Below, one piece after another: positions 47,301 to 61,189 of a DNA stretch of 64,000 bases (its first letter is position 1; every line of letters begins with the position of its first letter). The notes beneath the pieces are model-generated. The model ran no database searches, had not been told where the DNA came from, and saw only the letters and a list, made by a program, of their open reading frames with translations. This DNA comes from Antedon mediterranea (lineage: Eukaryota > Animalia > Echinodermata): the NCBI RefSeq assembly GCF_964355755.1, contig NC_092673.1, positions 1,240,001 to 1,304,000 of the forward strand, in the 5' to 3' direction. Both the position numbers and the translations under genes were made by a program.

Positions 47301-50300
47301 ATGTGACTGACTTAAATAAAAGCAAATTGGTTTCATATAATGCAGTACAAAGATTTACATTTAGATCTACTGTAATGATATTTAATAATTATAACAGGGT
47401 CCACTAATATATCCTGAAAATGAAAAAAATCAAATTGAATCATTAAATGGCTTGTTTGATTGTTTTATATTGTGATATAGTACAGTAATTATATTTGTGG
47501 ATTTAGGTCCATTTTAAAATCTAATTTCTTCATAGCATCAATGCTATTCTTTCCCCATGTTTCATCTTTTTTGAGGTTCAGTAGTAGTACATAATTACAT
47601 AAAGGAGGTCTTTTTCTGTCCTCAAAAATGAATTCAATAAAGTTCAATAATAGGTGGTTTTGTTGTCTCAATATAAAAACCTGAATAAATAAACTTATAT
47701 ACAACAATACAGTATACAGGGTAGCGTACCTCAAAGTACCATCCGATTGGTAAGTGTTTGCCTGCACTTGGTACAGAAATATTTCCAAGTATGCTTTCAA
47801 ATGTCCAGCTATCATTGCGAACATCCAATGCATTGCCACTACAAATCAACGCTGGTGTTTTAGTTGTCAAGTCTAATCGAACCGTACAGTTATCGCAATG
47901 AGTTAGTTCTACTGTTGACAATCGCGACAATGTTGAACAGATAGCAAGCTGTAGAAAAAACAAATTATAGTAGTACTATCTGAAATAATAATATGCAAAC
48001 AGGGTGATTAAATTAAACTGATTATGTATTTGAATTTAAAAAATATTTCAGTTTAAATTTGAAGATTTCCGAAAAATAAAAGATACAAAAGCTAAGATGC
48101 CTGAACAGAAGAAGAGAGTCATTCATATGTTTTCAGCTTTTTGTAGGTGCTAAGAATAAATACTGTACAATTGAAAACATACGCTGATAGATTTCTTCAA
48201 ATTGTCCCGACTCAGAAGTAACGCCCATATGAGATGTATTGCTCCCGTCTTAATTAACATCATCTGCACAACTTTAAACAATTCTAATAAAAAATTGTAT
48301 AAATAAACAAAATAGTAATACGATGCTTGTCAGTTTTATTTATTTATCGAGGGTAGTCTAAATAGTCTGAAGACCGGTTTCTATTGGAGTCATGCAAGGT
48401 GAAAGACCTTAAATTAATCATAGTTCTGCACTTTGTTAAGCTGTGTCGATTTTCCGCAGGGTGAGCACACAAGTTTGGGTTACTAGCCTCATCATCGGAC
48501 AACTCAACCGAATGTAGTTTATTTATTTAATTTTGGTTACAAGTATCATGAATTACCTTTATCCTGTACTGCAGCTAAATTAACCAGAAATTGTATGGAA
48601 TGTAGTGTTAACGAAGTGTAGACATCTGCATGCTCAATTTGAGCAAATCCTAAAAGAAAATGTAAATAAGTTTCATCTTCATCATTATGAGTTCCCACAA
48701 TCATCACAGAACTAGTCGGCATGGTGGCAGAATTCACAGCTGTTTTTGGGTTAAGTTTTAATTACAATCAACTGCATGATTACTGTGCCTAATCAATCTC
48801 AATAAGCTTTGGTTTAAAACTAAAGCTGGTAAATAAATATCCCATTATACATTTAAGTCTTATTCAAAATCCTTTCAGTTCCCTGTGGTATTTATTCTTA
48901 AACAGTCTACATTAATAAATGTGAACAGCTTTTAATATTGTATTATCACCTCCCATTACTTTAATGATGAAAAAAACAAAAACAAAAACTGTTCCGGCAC
49001 GGTTCTGGTCCTGCATGAATCTCCACACGGCTATGTGCCGATTGATATGCGCGTACCTGCATGAAAACAAAACATTAACGTTCGTTTTGACTTGCCAGCG
49101 CTGGACCGGAACCATGCCGGAACAGACGTGAAAGACCGTTAATATAATATGTATTTAATTAGCAATAGTGTAACATTTATGATGCTACAGTACCTCCTGG
49201 TAACTCTGACATCGTACTGTCGCCATAACCAACATTCTCAACAGTGCTAGCGCCACCAACATTAGCAACCGGTCTGAACGGTGTGCTGGTAGACACGGTT
49301 GATAATGCATCTTGGATACTGTCTATACTAATGCTGTCTGCTAGACTATCCTGCCGCGTTTCACAGAAATATCTAATTTATTCAAAGAAAAATGTGTGTA
49401 TATATAAAAGGCAAACATTTTTTAGGAGAGTTTTTTCTTTTTAATACCATAGATAAGTCCAAATCAGTGAAATGGGCTAGAGGTTAAGGCAGAGGCAACA
49501 ATATCAGCATGGGTTTGGGGGAGATTCTCTCTAGTTATGGTGGTGGAAGGACAATAAACCGTAGGCCCAGTGTACACAGTTATAACCTTTGTGCACTGAA
49601 ACCAGTTCATTATTTGAGACAACTAGGGAGAATTACACTGGTGAACTGGTTCACAAAATAGCCACTGTATCAGGGATATTACCATCTTCTGATAACACAG
49701 CAAGTGAATTATTTGCTATTGGTAATTATTGGACACATGTGCCTAAAGACATAAAATAAAAATAACAGAGATTTGGAAAACTTACAAACTGCTGGGTACA
49801 TTAGACTCATGTCCAGACCTGCTGAATGGTCTTGTGGATGCTAGACTCCCTTCCAGCGTAGCTTTAAGCCAGACACTAACAAGTTCATACAGCAAAGATG
49901 CAACTGCATTGACAGTATCATGTAAAAGCATTTTCTTACGATATACATCTGAAAATGAAATTGAATTGTACACAAATAAAATGGTCATATTAATATTATA
50001 GGAAACAAAGTTAGGTTATTGATTTAACCATTTCAGCCAAAGGTTACTCAGTAGTTGGACAAACATCATGATGGTTCTTTAAGCGATATTCTTTACATCA
50101 TAACAGATTTTGAATTAAACATTTCCTTACACTATACCCATTTGTATAGGATTTTCCACTGGCCAACATAGTGTAAATAAATGTTTAACCTTAAATACTT
50201 TCTTACTTTTAAAAACACAATATTAGATGAAAACATTAATAAAAACAAATACCATTGACAGACAAGACAACTAGAAGCTTCAGGGCACCAAGACAATGAG

Positions 50301-53300
50301 CTACTAAAACCGGTTCACCTTGGCTTTCATCAACACCCTTTTTTGAACAATACCTACAAAATAAATAAAAAGTAATCTTTGTTTAATACTACTTTTTGTT
50401 TACAGATCTCAAGCAAAGTTCACATACTGCAGCGTACATGTGTTATATACAGGTAACTCAAGTTTGATTTATCTAAAGCTCTGTCTACACTATCAAACTT
50501 TATGTGACAAAAAATGTGATGTGCCCATATATGGACATGATGATGTCATATCACTAACATATTTGAGCATATCACTACCATATTTGGGCACATCACACTT
50601 TTTTTGTCAAACTAGTTTGATAGTGTAGACAGAGCTTTAGGAGGAGTGGACCATCTGTGCATTAGTGTATGCATAGAGATATTATAGTTCACTATAATAA
50701 TTATCTCTATTGTGTATGAGAACTTTGAAATTGAAACAGTACTTACCAAATTGAAACAGTACTTACCAAATTGGAGAGCTTAAATGAGGAATCAATTGAT
50801 ACTGTAAAAGAACGTCAATGTAATAATCCGGTCTTGCTACAATCTCTACAAGTTCTAGACTGGACGCTCGGCTGATTGGACAGGTCAGCGGTAAGGACAG
50901 TAGCAGCTTCAACTCTGGATCCAATACTAATCTTATGACACGATTCTTTACAATGCGTTCTGCCAAATAAAAAACAAATTTGGATGATTAATAAGAATGA
51001 AAATTGGTATACTACAAGTTTAAGTGTCATTGCTAATTAGTTTAATGCTTAATGATGCTCTGATATTGTTAAAATAACATAGTATAAAACTGATTCCAAA
51101 TAACGAGAGGCAAGCCATGTTTTGATCTTTATTTGATCACTGTCTGTAAAATGAAATTAATAGCTTAAATGTATCACTTTGTTTGGTCGCATAAAGGTCA
51201 TTGAGTGGATCAATGACCAAATGACAAAATAATGACCCAAATTATTTACTGCATAAATGTTAAAATACTCCTGGTGTGGCCTTAATAAAACACAAGGACA
51301 CTAATTGTATTATAGCTATATTTGACATGGCAATGACAAATGAATCTATTCATCTATTCTATTTAAGGGTGGTTAAAGCTACATAATTCAAACCAGTTGA
51401 TAGTTTACCATATGGGAACTTTAATTGCAGATCTATCTCTTTGCAACTTTTACTAATATGCCAAACATCAAGTTTCTTGTCATCATCTAAAATGCTTACA
51501 ATCACACACATATGATCAACAGGAAGGCTCAAAAGATCAGAGGTTAATGTTCCAGTTACTGTGGTGTGCTCACTGAATTTCAAGGTTTCTTTCAAGTCTA
51601 TAAAACAGTACAACAATAATATAAGGCTTATTTTTCTTTGTTTTGAAGCAAAAATATTATTCATATTTATAATATAAAGACATAAATAAATAAAATCATT
51701 CATATTTAATTTAACATCTCTGTTAAATTAAACTTCATTTAATTTACGCCAGTTCATATCAAACTTATAGCAAGATAATAATGATGACTAACTAGTTTGA
51801 CAAAAAAAGTGTGATGTGCCTTAAAATATGGTAGTGATATACCCAAATATGGTAGTGATATATCATCATGTCCATATATGGGCAAATCACAATTTTTTGT
51901 CACATAAAGTTTGATAGTGTAGACAGAGCTTTACCTTTGAGAAGTCTTGGTCCAAATTCTCCTTTAATTATCATAAAAACAAGATTGCCAATAGCATTTG
52001 GTCCAGCTTCCTCCAAACAAGGTATCTTAATGGCGGTCATGTCATCAGACATGGTGTCAAGGTTGAAACTTTGATGAATTGATTGACAGCTATGCAATGT
52101 ATCCCACATCATAACACTGATCTATTAGAAAAAATATCAAATTTTAAACATAATTGAAGAGGTATGTAAACATTTTGTGCTTATGATATTTTGAAATAAT
52201 TGACTTAAAACAAAGTTACGATCATTTTTTTTTTTTACTTCTGAAGTTGTTTATGACTATAAAAGGTCACAAATAACTGTATTTGAAATCAGTTTCTAAA
52301 ACTTCCAGACATGGATGTTTGCACTGTAAGTGTATTCAGTTCTGAGAGAGAAAAATGCAAAAGAAACCAATTACAGTATAACATACCCCATGAGAGTTGA
52401 GGTTAAAATCTTTGTCAACAACACAGACTTTGGCAATATCAACGCCGCAATGAACTTTAATTGGGAGAGCACCCTCTAAAAAAAGAAAAAAATCAATATA
52501 TAAAATAAAACCTAAAATAATTGTAACAATAATTAGTGCTTTTTGATTTGATAATGGCTTATTACAAATACATGAACTAAAGCTCTGTCTTCACTATCAA
52601 ATTGTATGTGATGTGCCCATATATGGACATGATGATGTCATATCACTACCATATTTGGGAATATCACTACCATATTTGTGCACATCACACTTTTTTGTCG
52701 AACTAGTTTGATAGTTTAGACAGAGCTTAAAATAAAACATACCTACATATCCCATCATGACAAGAGTTTTGGCGGCCATTGTAGTCACCTGACTGTTGTC
52801 ATAGTCACCAAGTGCTAACTCCATTAAAGTGTGAAGACCACCAGCTTGCAGAATATACAACTTTACTTTATCTGTGAAAATCAGATAACTACACTTATTG
52901 ATCCATACTATTTTTTTAATAACTTAACATTTAACATTAAAACTGGACTTTTCACATCTGCAAAAAGTAACAACTTGTATCAAGTTGTAACCAGGTTTGC
53001 ATAGTGTGAAGACAATTTTGTGGAAAATCTCCCACAGGGGTCCCTTGAGAAAAACACACAGATGAGAGGTCTGTTTTTTTGTTCCGAGATGTCCCAAGTT
53101 GTTACTGCATGCGTGCATTTATTGCCCTGGTTTTAAACTGACCAATCATAGTAATCAAATAGTTCGCAATTTCTCCAGAGATTTTTCACGGTTCGCATAC
53201 GAAACGTGTAATAAATCAGGAGTTCAAAGCTGGTTGCAAGTTGTAACAATCTATGCAGATGTTAAAAATGGTATTACTACCTGAAGTCATGGCAAGGTTA

Positions 53301-56300
53301 AGCAGCAAGGCAGCAGACCAAAAGACCAGGTCAGGATCATGCATTTCAGAGAACTTTAAAATACCAACTAATGCACCAGCTTTTACTACACGTAAATGAA
53401 GACTTTCTGTACATAAAAATTGAAAATGGAAAAAAAAAAATCAATATTAACTGGCTTAATAAGTGTTCACATCTTTGTCTTGTCTGTTTTTAACATCTCC
53501 CTACGACCATAAGGCCTACACATGACTGACTTTGTAGTAGAACGAAAGAATTTAAATAGCTGGGTATTAACGAGACGATACCATGCTCTCCAAAAAATGA
53601 TGTACAGTAGTACTTTTCCAGAAATTCCAGTTTTATAAAATTTTTCACAATGTATAAAAAGAAAACTTTGATGTATTTTTTATGGGAAGAGTTGACTATA
53701 TAATTAAGATGGAAGATATAGCAGATCTTTAATGTTGATAAAAATACAGTAATGTTTAACAACATGGTTGCTAGCTAAAAGCAAGTTATTGAAATTAATA
53801 CAAATTATATTTATTGTAGAGCTTACCACACGAACAGAAGAATCCAAGCGTTTCAGCAAGGAGGCGCAGTTGAACAGTGTCGTCCGTCGTCCTTATGATG
53901 CTGATAAGTGATTCTATTATTTTATCATTGGTAAAATTAAGAAGGTTTTCCAGAGCTCTTCTACCTAAATTATTACAAATATTACTTTTGATATTTAAAA
54001 TGATTTGTAAACTAGATCAGCATTGCCAAACAAGTTGGTTTTGCATATTGCATAAATTACACTATATATAGTAAACAATACTAGACACACCCTTGGGCTG
54101 GTATAATATGTCTGGGTGGCTGTAAACACTAACGAATGTGTTTAAGGGCCCGTTTCTGCTGCCAACCCAAAATATACCGTATAAATATACCGTATAAATA
54201 TACCGTATAAATATACCGTATATGAAATTCGTGCACCGTTTCCGCTGCACATACTTCGTGGGTGGGTTGTAAAAAAGTTGGCTTTCATTACCCAAAATGC
54301 ATTTCGTGAGACGGAAGTATGGATTGACCTAGAGTCTCGTGTAGTGAGGTTACATGACAGCATTGCTTTCTATTTTAAATCTAATGAGCAGAAGTGGCAA
54401 CGAATTTACACCGCACATACAAGCACAATCTAGAAATGTCACTATAAATAAACTCTGTTATTCAAATTGAGTTTATATTATGCTATATTATCCTATATTG
54501 CCGTTTTAATTTCCATTTTCTATTATACAGTATTTTACCATGATTTTACATCACGTTGTTGTCGTGTAAGAACATTCGATTTATTGTAATTAAAATCTCG
54601 GTATCTCTTCTGTTGCCATGCAGTCTCCCCCCCCCAACCTTCGCTTCCCCCCACAATTGAATTGCAAAAATAGTGATTTGTTCGGTCCACAGTGACATTT
54701 TGATCTGTTGCTTGCTTTTACACGTGTGTTTCAACTTTCAATGCAGCAGAAAAACCAAAACAAACGCGTCGCGCTCTGTTAGTTTTTGACCTCGTGTCAC
54801 GAGTCGGGCCACATTTACGGTATATTTTGAGTGCAGCAGAAATGGGGTACGAAATATACGGTATATTTTGGAATATACCGTATAATATCCACAAACGATG
54901 GGGATATTTATACGGTATATATACCGCATATATATACGGTATATTTTTTATGAGACCCATTTCTGCTGCCAAAAAATATACCGTATATAAAATATACCGT
55001 ATATATACGGTATATTTTTGGCAGCAGAAACGGGGCCTTAATGTTAGGAAAAAAGTTGGAAACTTTTGACCTCAAGGAAAGAATTTCTGGTTTTCAGGGA
55101 CAGTCTGCTATTGGGAGAGTCGACTAATTTAATCATTTGTAGAATAGTACAGTAAAATAATGTTAGTTACAATAACTATTCAACACCGTACCGGTCATGG
55201 CGATACCATGCACCAAGTCAAGTGACCAATGCATCACTTCCTTTTCACCACTTGCAAGGCATGTTGGGATATGCTCAATCAAACCTGTCTGGTTTATCAA
55301 TAGCTGTTTGAACTTATCTGTCAAAATCAAAGAATTAAATAAGTTAAATAAATGAAATATGCTTGGGTTTTAACTGTAGTTTCTCATCATCATCATCATC
55401 ATCATGTTCAAATACATTAAATTTATTGCATGTAGTAATTTGGAAACATTTATATCTTTCAATTAACTTGTTATTAAATCAATTTCCGATTGTAAAGCTC
55501 TACACTATCAAACTATTTTCCAAAACCATTTTGCCCAAATATGGTAGTGATATGCCCAAATATGGTAGTGATATGCCCAAATATGGTAGTGGTATGCCCA
55601 AATATGGTAGTGATATCATCATTTCCATACATGGGCACATAACATTTTGTTGTCACATAAAGTTTGATAGTGTAGACAGAGCTTTAGACAGCTAGTGAAA
55701 AATTAATTTTTAAAACCAAAAAAGGAACTCTGCTTTAAAATACTTGGTTACCCAGATTTTCAGTTTTAATATATAGATTCAAAATAAGATTCAAGATAAC
55801 TTTATTGTCAAGATAACATAATTTGAAATTTGTCTTCATGAAAGAGCCTAAAGTTAAAAAAGTTATATTTAAATTTCCAGTATGTAATGTAATAGGAAAG
55901 AATTGGGAACTTGATTTAGGAGAATTGTATATTTACCATTATGAGCAGACAAGAAGCAGATAACCCTTAGAACAAGAAGCTGTACTGATGCCTCTCCACC
56001 TGTCTGGAGAGCTTTCTGTAAACTGTTTATCAAAAATGGTGTCTCACATATTTCATCATGCATGAAATCTGAAATAAAAGAGAAAAAGGATTTAGTTTAA
56101 GCATACAAATACAGTATAAACACTATAAAGGGAACACTTTTGGGACCACTTAATAGCAGTATCGTCTGAATAGGGTTGCTGTAGTGTTAAAACATATATT
56201 ACCCCACAATTGTTTCACACTAAAACGTTCCGTTAAAGCGTCCCCTTAAAAGGGCGTTCTACTGTAACTACAGATACAAATATCAAATTCATTGTTAAAA

Positions 56301-59300
56301 CAAAAAAATATACCAACTATAAAATGATCTTCAGTTTATGGATGCATAAGTACGGTAACAGATTAATGTTTATTTAAGAATGTGAAAAAAATGTTGATTA
56401 CCAGCAATAGAGAATTCATGAATAAGAGCTGCAGCCCAATAAACAAGCTCTGTGTCACCTGACTTCAGACATGTGACTGTCAGCATCAACATACCACTAT
56501 CAGCTATTTTTTGTAAACCCTTTTTGCTCTTTTCTTTCTCTGTAATGAAAAAGACAAATAATCAAATGAAGATTTGGCAATAAACGTGAGAGCATAACAT
56601 TGAGCCTCACTTAGAATTTACTCTTGTTATACTATTAGGGACTTTTAGATTTGAGTAATAAAAGTGAAGTTCAGGTCCACATAGGTCGTAGTGGATTATT
56701 ACTCGTCGACAGATATATGAACATTTAGATTATGTGGACATTTACGCTGACGTGCCAGTGAACGTATGATATAATGACCTTGGGATCATCTTGTAATCTC
56801 TAGTAGCATGCTCGTCTGTGCAGCTATTCCACAGATTCTGGTCCGACGGAAGTGTACGGCTTAGGCCAGGCTAAGTGTGTAGCTTAGTAGGCATAGCCTA
56901 GATCTTTAATTTTCTGAACAAAGGCTGGCTTCCTAGTGATAAGACCCATGTCATAACCTGTATTATCATAAGCTTTATTTAAAATAACCAATACAAATTA
57001 ATAATTTAGTGTGCAAATATAATTTCAATGCAGTAGTGAAAATGAAATTAATTTGTAAGCATAACGATACAAGAATAATGAAGAAAAAAGAAAAGAATGC
57101 TTCTAACAAACCTTGTTGTAGGTTATTGATAAAAATCACAAGAATTTGAAGGCATAATCTCTGAATAATATTATCACCATAGTTACACTGCATCATTGAT
57201 GCTACAACCTCCAACCCATTTTTTCCAATGATTTCCTCAACCAATGTTTCTGGAAAAAAATTGTTAAAATACTTAGAAACATTGTATAACCCTATATAAC
57301 ACTACCATTATTATTATACATTGTGGCTTATCTCCGTTTGTTGTCGTTTTACAGAAATATTTTTAAAAACATAAAACTTTGAAAGAATTTGATATTTCTT
57401 ACCATGTAAACTTAACTGATGAATAACAAATATAGAAAAGCGAATAACCTCCTTACATCTTGTATTCTGAAGAAGTTTTAGAAGAACTTCAATAAACAGT
57501 GGACATTCCTCAACTAATACATCTTTCTTGAAATCTAGTAAAACATCAAATTATTGTTGTTAGATTATTGGATAATTTGGCCAAGTCCTTACGATGGTTA
57601 ATATACATTTATGATTCTCAAATGGAAATTGAGCCATGTGGGACTACATCAGAATGGGAAATGTGGCTACCATTCACATTGAGACCAAAATTACTTCTTT
57701 AATATATATGTAAATTAGGGCTTGTTTATACAACACGCTAATTCAACATGGTTCTTGGTTGGGGTGTAGAATAAACGGAACAGAAAGAGATTACGTGTAA
57801 TTAAAAAACTACCTGGAAAGGATACTTAAAAAGGCTTCTCAAGGACCGGTAAAATTTGGCCGGGTGGTGAGCTGAAGTAGCCTTTTTAAGTTGCCCTCTG
57901 TATGTAATAAAGATGACCTAATTAATTTTCATGTATGAACGGCTATGTTTAGGGGATTACAACTTTGAAAGTGTCAAAACCATGCCTTCTTAAATATCAG
58001 ACTGATTTCTTAACCTTGCTCTATCATGCCTGTCTTTTCTTTCCAAAGTCAGAACTTGTTTTACCTGAATTACACGCGAAATCAAAGATGGCTGCTAGTG
58101 TCATACGTTGAATTCGCTCACACGTCGCTTGATGGTCTGCCTGCCATTTGTTAATGTTGGAGCGTGGTTGTAAAGACCGAAGCAAACAATAGCCAAGTGT
58201 TTGTACAACCTGACGGTCTAAATTAAGATATCTACAGTCAACTAGAGAAAAAAACATATTTAATATGAGAATCATTATAAGAAGTTTTTTTAAATTTATT
58301 TATTCAGGTTTATATAGTAAAAAACATGCAGCACGAAGGCTGAAATTGTTGATTTACAAATATATATATATGGAAACACAAATATTTGGATGTAACTGTA
58401 ATGGCCCCGTGTTCTCAGTTAAATGTTTCAATCAAACCACAGCTAATGTATCAGTGATGTTGTAGCGTAGTACCCTGTGTCAAAGGAAGCTTGACTAATG
58501 TAGCAAGATACTACAAAAAATAAGTACTGTAATCATATAGCCTAGTGAGCTTTTGCATCAAGACAAAATACGAAATGAGACGGTAAATTAGAGTATGAAG
58601 TGATTTCCATTCTATTGTTAAATGTATTTGCTTTCAAGACAAAAACTTACGATGGTAAGCCTTTTCCTAGGCCTAGCTAACAGACAGGCGGGCATGTTTA
58701 AGAACGTTCTGTGGCTTTAGGTCAGAGTGAATGTCAGTCGCAACAATCAACAGAACGAAGCATACTGGGCTTACACTGTACGCATGCGCAGCATTTTAAT
58801 CGTTTTAAAATTACTGTCACATTTTGTTTCCGTCGCGATGAGGAAGCTCATATTTCTATGTCATAATTCAGCTGTGGTTTAAAAAAATAGTGGTGGTATC
58901 TAGCAGTAACAAATAGTTTTTTGAGGCTCTTACAAAATGTTTTCTTCTTTGATATAACACAATAAAGTAATTATACAGCACTTACTACTTTTAAGAATAA
59001 CACAAAGAACAGTGCATCCTTTGTGAGCACGCTCACTGTCTGAACTGTAGCATTCTTTGAGTACATAGCAAAACTGTGACTCTAAATAAAGAAAAGTAAA
59101 TTAATGTAACTCAGACAGCATTACGACAAGGTCCTGACGAGACGAGTCGTCTTGATATGGCGTCAGGCGTAATATTTAGGTCGTTGAGAAAACTGTAAAA
59201 AAAAAAATTTAGAGACTAAGGAACATGAGTGGCATAACATTGTCTGCCACCAGTGTGCGAAATTTGGAAATGTATCAAAAAAGTTTATCTTGTTTGTGGT

Positions 59301-60704
59301 TAATATGGTAATACACACCAAGGATAGCCCACCAAGTCTGTAGACTTATTTCTGGTTAGGTTCCTCTGGTGGTAAATTCAGCAGTGCACTAGGAGACAGT
59401 CCCTACCCCTTACTCATTTTCGAAGAGTGTACTGCATTCTTTAAGTTGCACTATATATGGGACCAACAGGATTCGATTTAGTGGACCAGAGGAAACGTAT
59501 GGTATTTCACAGTTCAGCGCACAACAAGGCGGCTACCACCACCGCTTTAGCCAACTGTATATTATCATGGAGGATATATTTGTATAATTTACACTTTATA
59601 CAGTACTTGTAGGGCTTGGTTATAATCTATAGGACTTGGTATTTAGGAGGACCCTGCATAAGATGAGGCAAGTTCTAAACCCTCCTGGACCCTTACTTTG
59701 AGTTATTCTATCCAGAAGCAGTTGCTCAGCACTTCTTCTTAGACTTGCATTCGGAGATCTTGTGAGCACCGAAAGATCATCAATACTGATCTCTGGAACA
59801 ACAAACAAATAAAACGTTAGACGCGTGATTTAATGATTTGTACAATTTGTTGGTGTTCAAGAATCTTACCTAGGCCTATGTTCTGTGTTATTTTGTGTTC
59901 ACCTCTCAGGTATTGAATTGTACATTTTGCAAGACAATACTTGAGCAAATTCAAATTACAAAGACAATTTTTAGAATTCTCACAGGCACATATATAAAAA
60001 TATACTAGAAAAATATATAAATAATAAATATCTTAAAATGTTTGTCTAGAGATACAGTACTGTATCCATACTTCTAAAAACTAAAAGGTACAGCAGTAAT
60101 TATCCATACTCACTGCACAATATGAATAAGGCGTATACTATAATGATACAAGGATAATAATAATATGGTATAGGCCTATAATTATCTGAATCTGAATGTT
60201 TGACACCACTATAAAAAAATAATGGAACAGTCCTGCTTTCAATACACGCCAAAAACTCAGGTTGATTCTAATAATAAAATATTAAATTAACGCTCTGTCT
60301 GCTAATCCAATTCATTTTACTAATAAGTAGGCCTTACGTTACCTAGTAGTAGTAGACCGCCTACTCTGGGGCCAAGCCTACTACCTAGGGCCTGCCTACT
60401 TACTAGGCTAGCAAGACTTATCTAGTCTGGGTGGCCTAGGCCCTAGTAGGCTAGTCCTAGGAGGCGTACTACTAGCCTACTGTACTATGATTAGGCATAC
60501 CTATGTACTGTTTGTATCATTCGACATTATGTAGCCTAGGCCTAGCCTAAACTGACCATTTTCGATGCGATCTTCAATTTTGCGAGACTTTTTTAACCTG
60601 TTGAGAACATAGCGTATATTATACAATATAAATGATGCACTTCCAGCAACTATCAAGGTACTACCTATAACAAAAAACACATTGTTCTTCGGTATATGAA
60701 TCAT
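44335..60704 (-). CDS. Uncharacterised N-terminal TM + armadillo-repeat + two SPRY-domain protein (~29 exons; RSPRY1/RNF123-like SPRY, no RING)
   Basis: Exon 1 60704(or 60785)-60557 has hydrophobic VFFVIGSTLIVAGSASFILY; helical ARM-like exons from ~59.8 to 48 kb; SPRY1 (47949-46372) VRNDSWTFESI..WYFEV..SSGIVQIGWAT..GVGDDTESYAFDG..FYPACSL..FNFGDKPFRY; SPRY2 (~45530-44400) YYEVVV..VAVGY..ITIGCG..TIFFTVNG..FNFGNRMFLY; stop TGA at 44337-44335. Internal exon borders are approximate. Confidence 0.8.
46124..46257 (-). mobile_element. Second Penelope-like fragment, hammerhead core deleted
   Basis: Colinear with 34064-34220 but reads AACAGCCAG|TGCAAGTGA. Confidence 0.7.
48990..49141. mobile_element. 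MITE remnant with inverted repeats
   Basis: CTGTTCCGGCACGGTTCTGGTCC ... GGACCGGAACCATGCCGGAACAG. Confidence 0.6.
50475..50638. mobile_element. MITE family A, near-consensus
   Basis: AAGCTCTGTCTACACTATCAAACT ... AGTTTGATAGTGTAGACAGAGCTT flanked by TAA/TTA. Confidence 0.9.
51790..51931. mobile_element. MITE family A abutting a splice donor
   Basis: Ends ...GACAGAGCT|TTACCT (minus-strand AG|GTAA). Confidence 0.82.
52579..52728. mobile_element. MITE family A
   Basis: Family TIRs and core. Confidence 0.85.
52945..53275. mobile_element. Old TIR element
   Basis: TTTCACATCTGCA..ACAACTTG mirrored by CAAGTTGT..TGCAGATGTTAAA. Confidence 0.5.
54146..55037. mobile_element. ~890-bp non-autonomous TIR transposon (Harbinger- or Kolobok-like)
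   Basis: GGGCCCGTTTCTGCTGCCAA ... TTGGCAGCAGAAACGGGGCC; TTAA on both flanks (54142-54145, 55038-55041); ATATACCGTATA subterminal arrays. Confidence 0.85.
55495..55685. mobile_element. MITE family A with amplified internal 21-mer
   Basis: Family termini; GCCCAAATATGGTAGTGATAT x4. Confidence 0.82.
59355..59555 (-). mobile_element. Degenerate SINE, possibly with a Deu-like central domain
   Basis: Minus strand: TGGCTAAAGCGG A-box-like, TCGAATCC B-box-like, then TTAAAGAATGCAGTACACTCTTCGAAAATGAGTAAGGGGT resembling the recalled DeuSINE core. Confidence 0.45.
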
Positions 60705-61189
60705 GGTGTTGTGGGTGGGGGACCACCATGTTTTTGTGATTTGTTGTTGAAATGTTTTGTAAAGTATGGCGCGCCAAGCTGTCATTTATTCGGAAATAAA
60801 GATATCTTAGTTTAAAATTTGGTGTGCCATATGAATAAAAAAAAATGAATCATCTTTATTTGGGTCATGTACATTGACCAGCGTAAAATTCTTCTTCTAT
60901 AATAAAAAAAAATCTACCATGTTCATTACGGCTCCCTGCACTATTTGTTTTAACATGATTTAAAATAGATTTTAGACCCCCACTCTTCCACCAGTAATGT
61001 TCACAGCTTACGTCAATGTGGCGTTTCTTGTGAAGAAAAATGATATTATGATCATTTTTCCATCCATTAAAAGTCTCCTATTTTGTTTGATTGTCTTAAT
61101 CCCCGTACGTTTAAGGAACATACAGTATGAATATTGGTAGGCCTATTATCATTAAGGTTGGTAATGCTTCTCGATTTTAAATTGCAGAA

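Noticed and set aside
44335-47949. Naming the SPRY gene RSPRY1 or RNF123
   Set aside because: The SPRY is similar, but there is no RING finger and the domain order differs.
54062-55069. Short IYGI/YTVY-rich ORFs as a transposase
   Set aside because: They derive from ATATACCGT subterminal repeats; no DDE motifs.
59120-59173. CTGACGA-containing hairpin as a second hammerhead
   Set aside because: No GAAA box after the putative stem II and no stem I pairing; looks like a simple inverted repeat.
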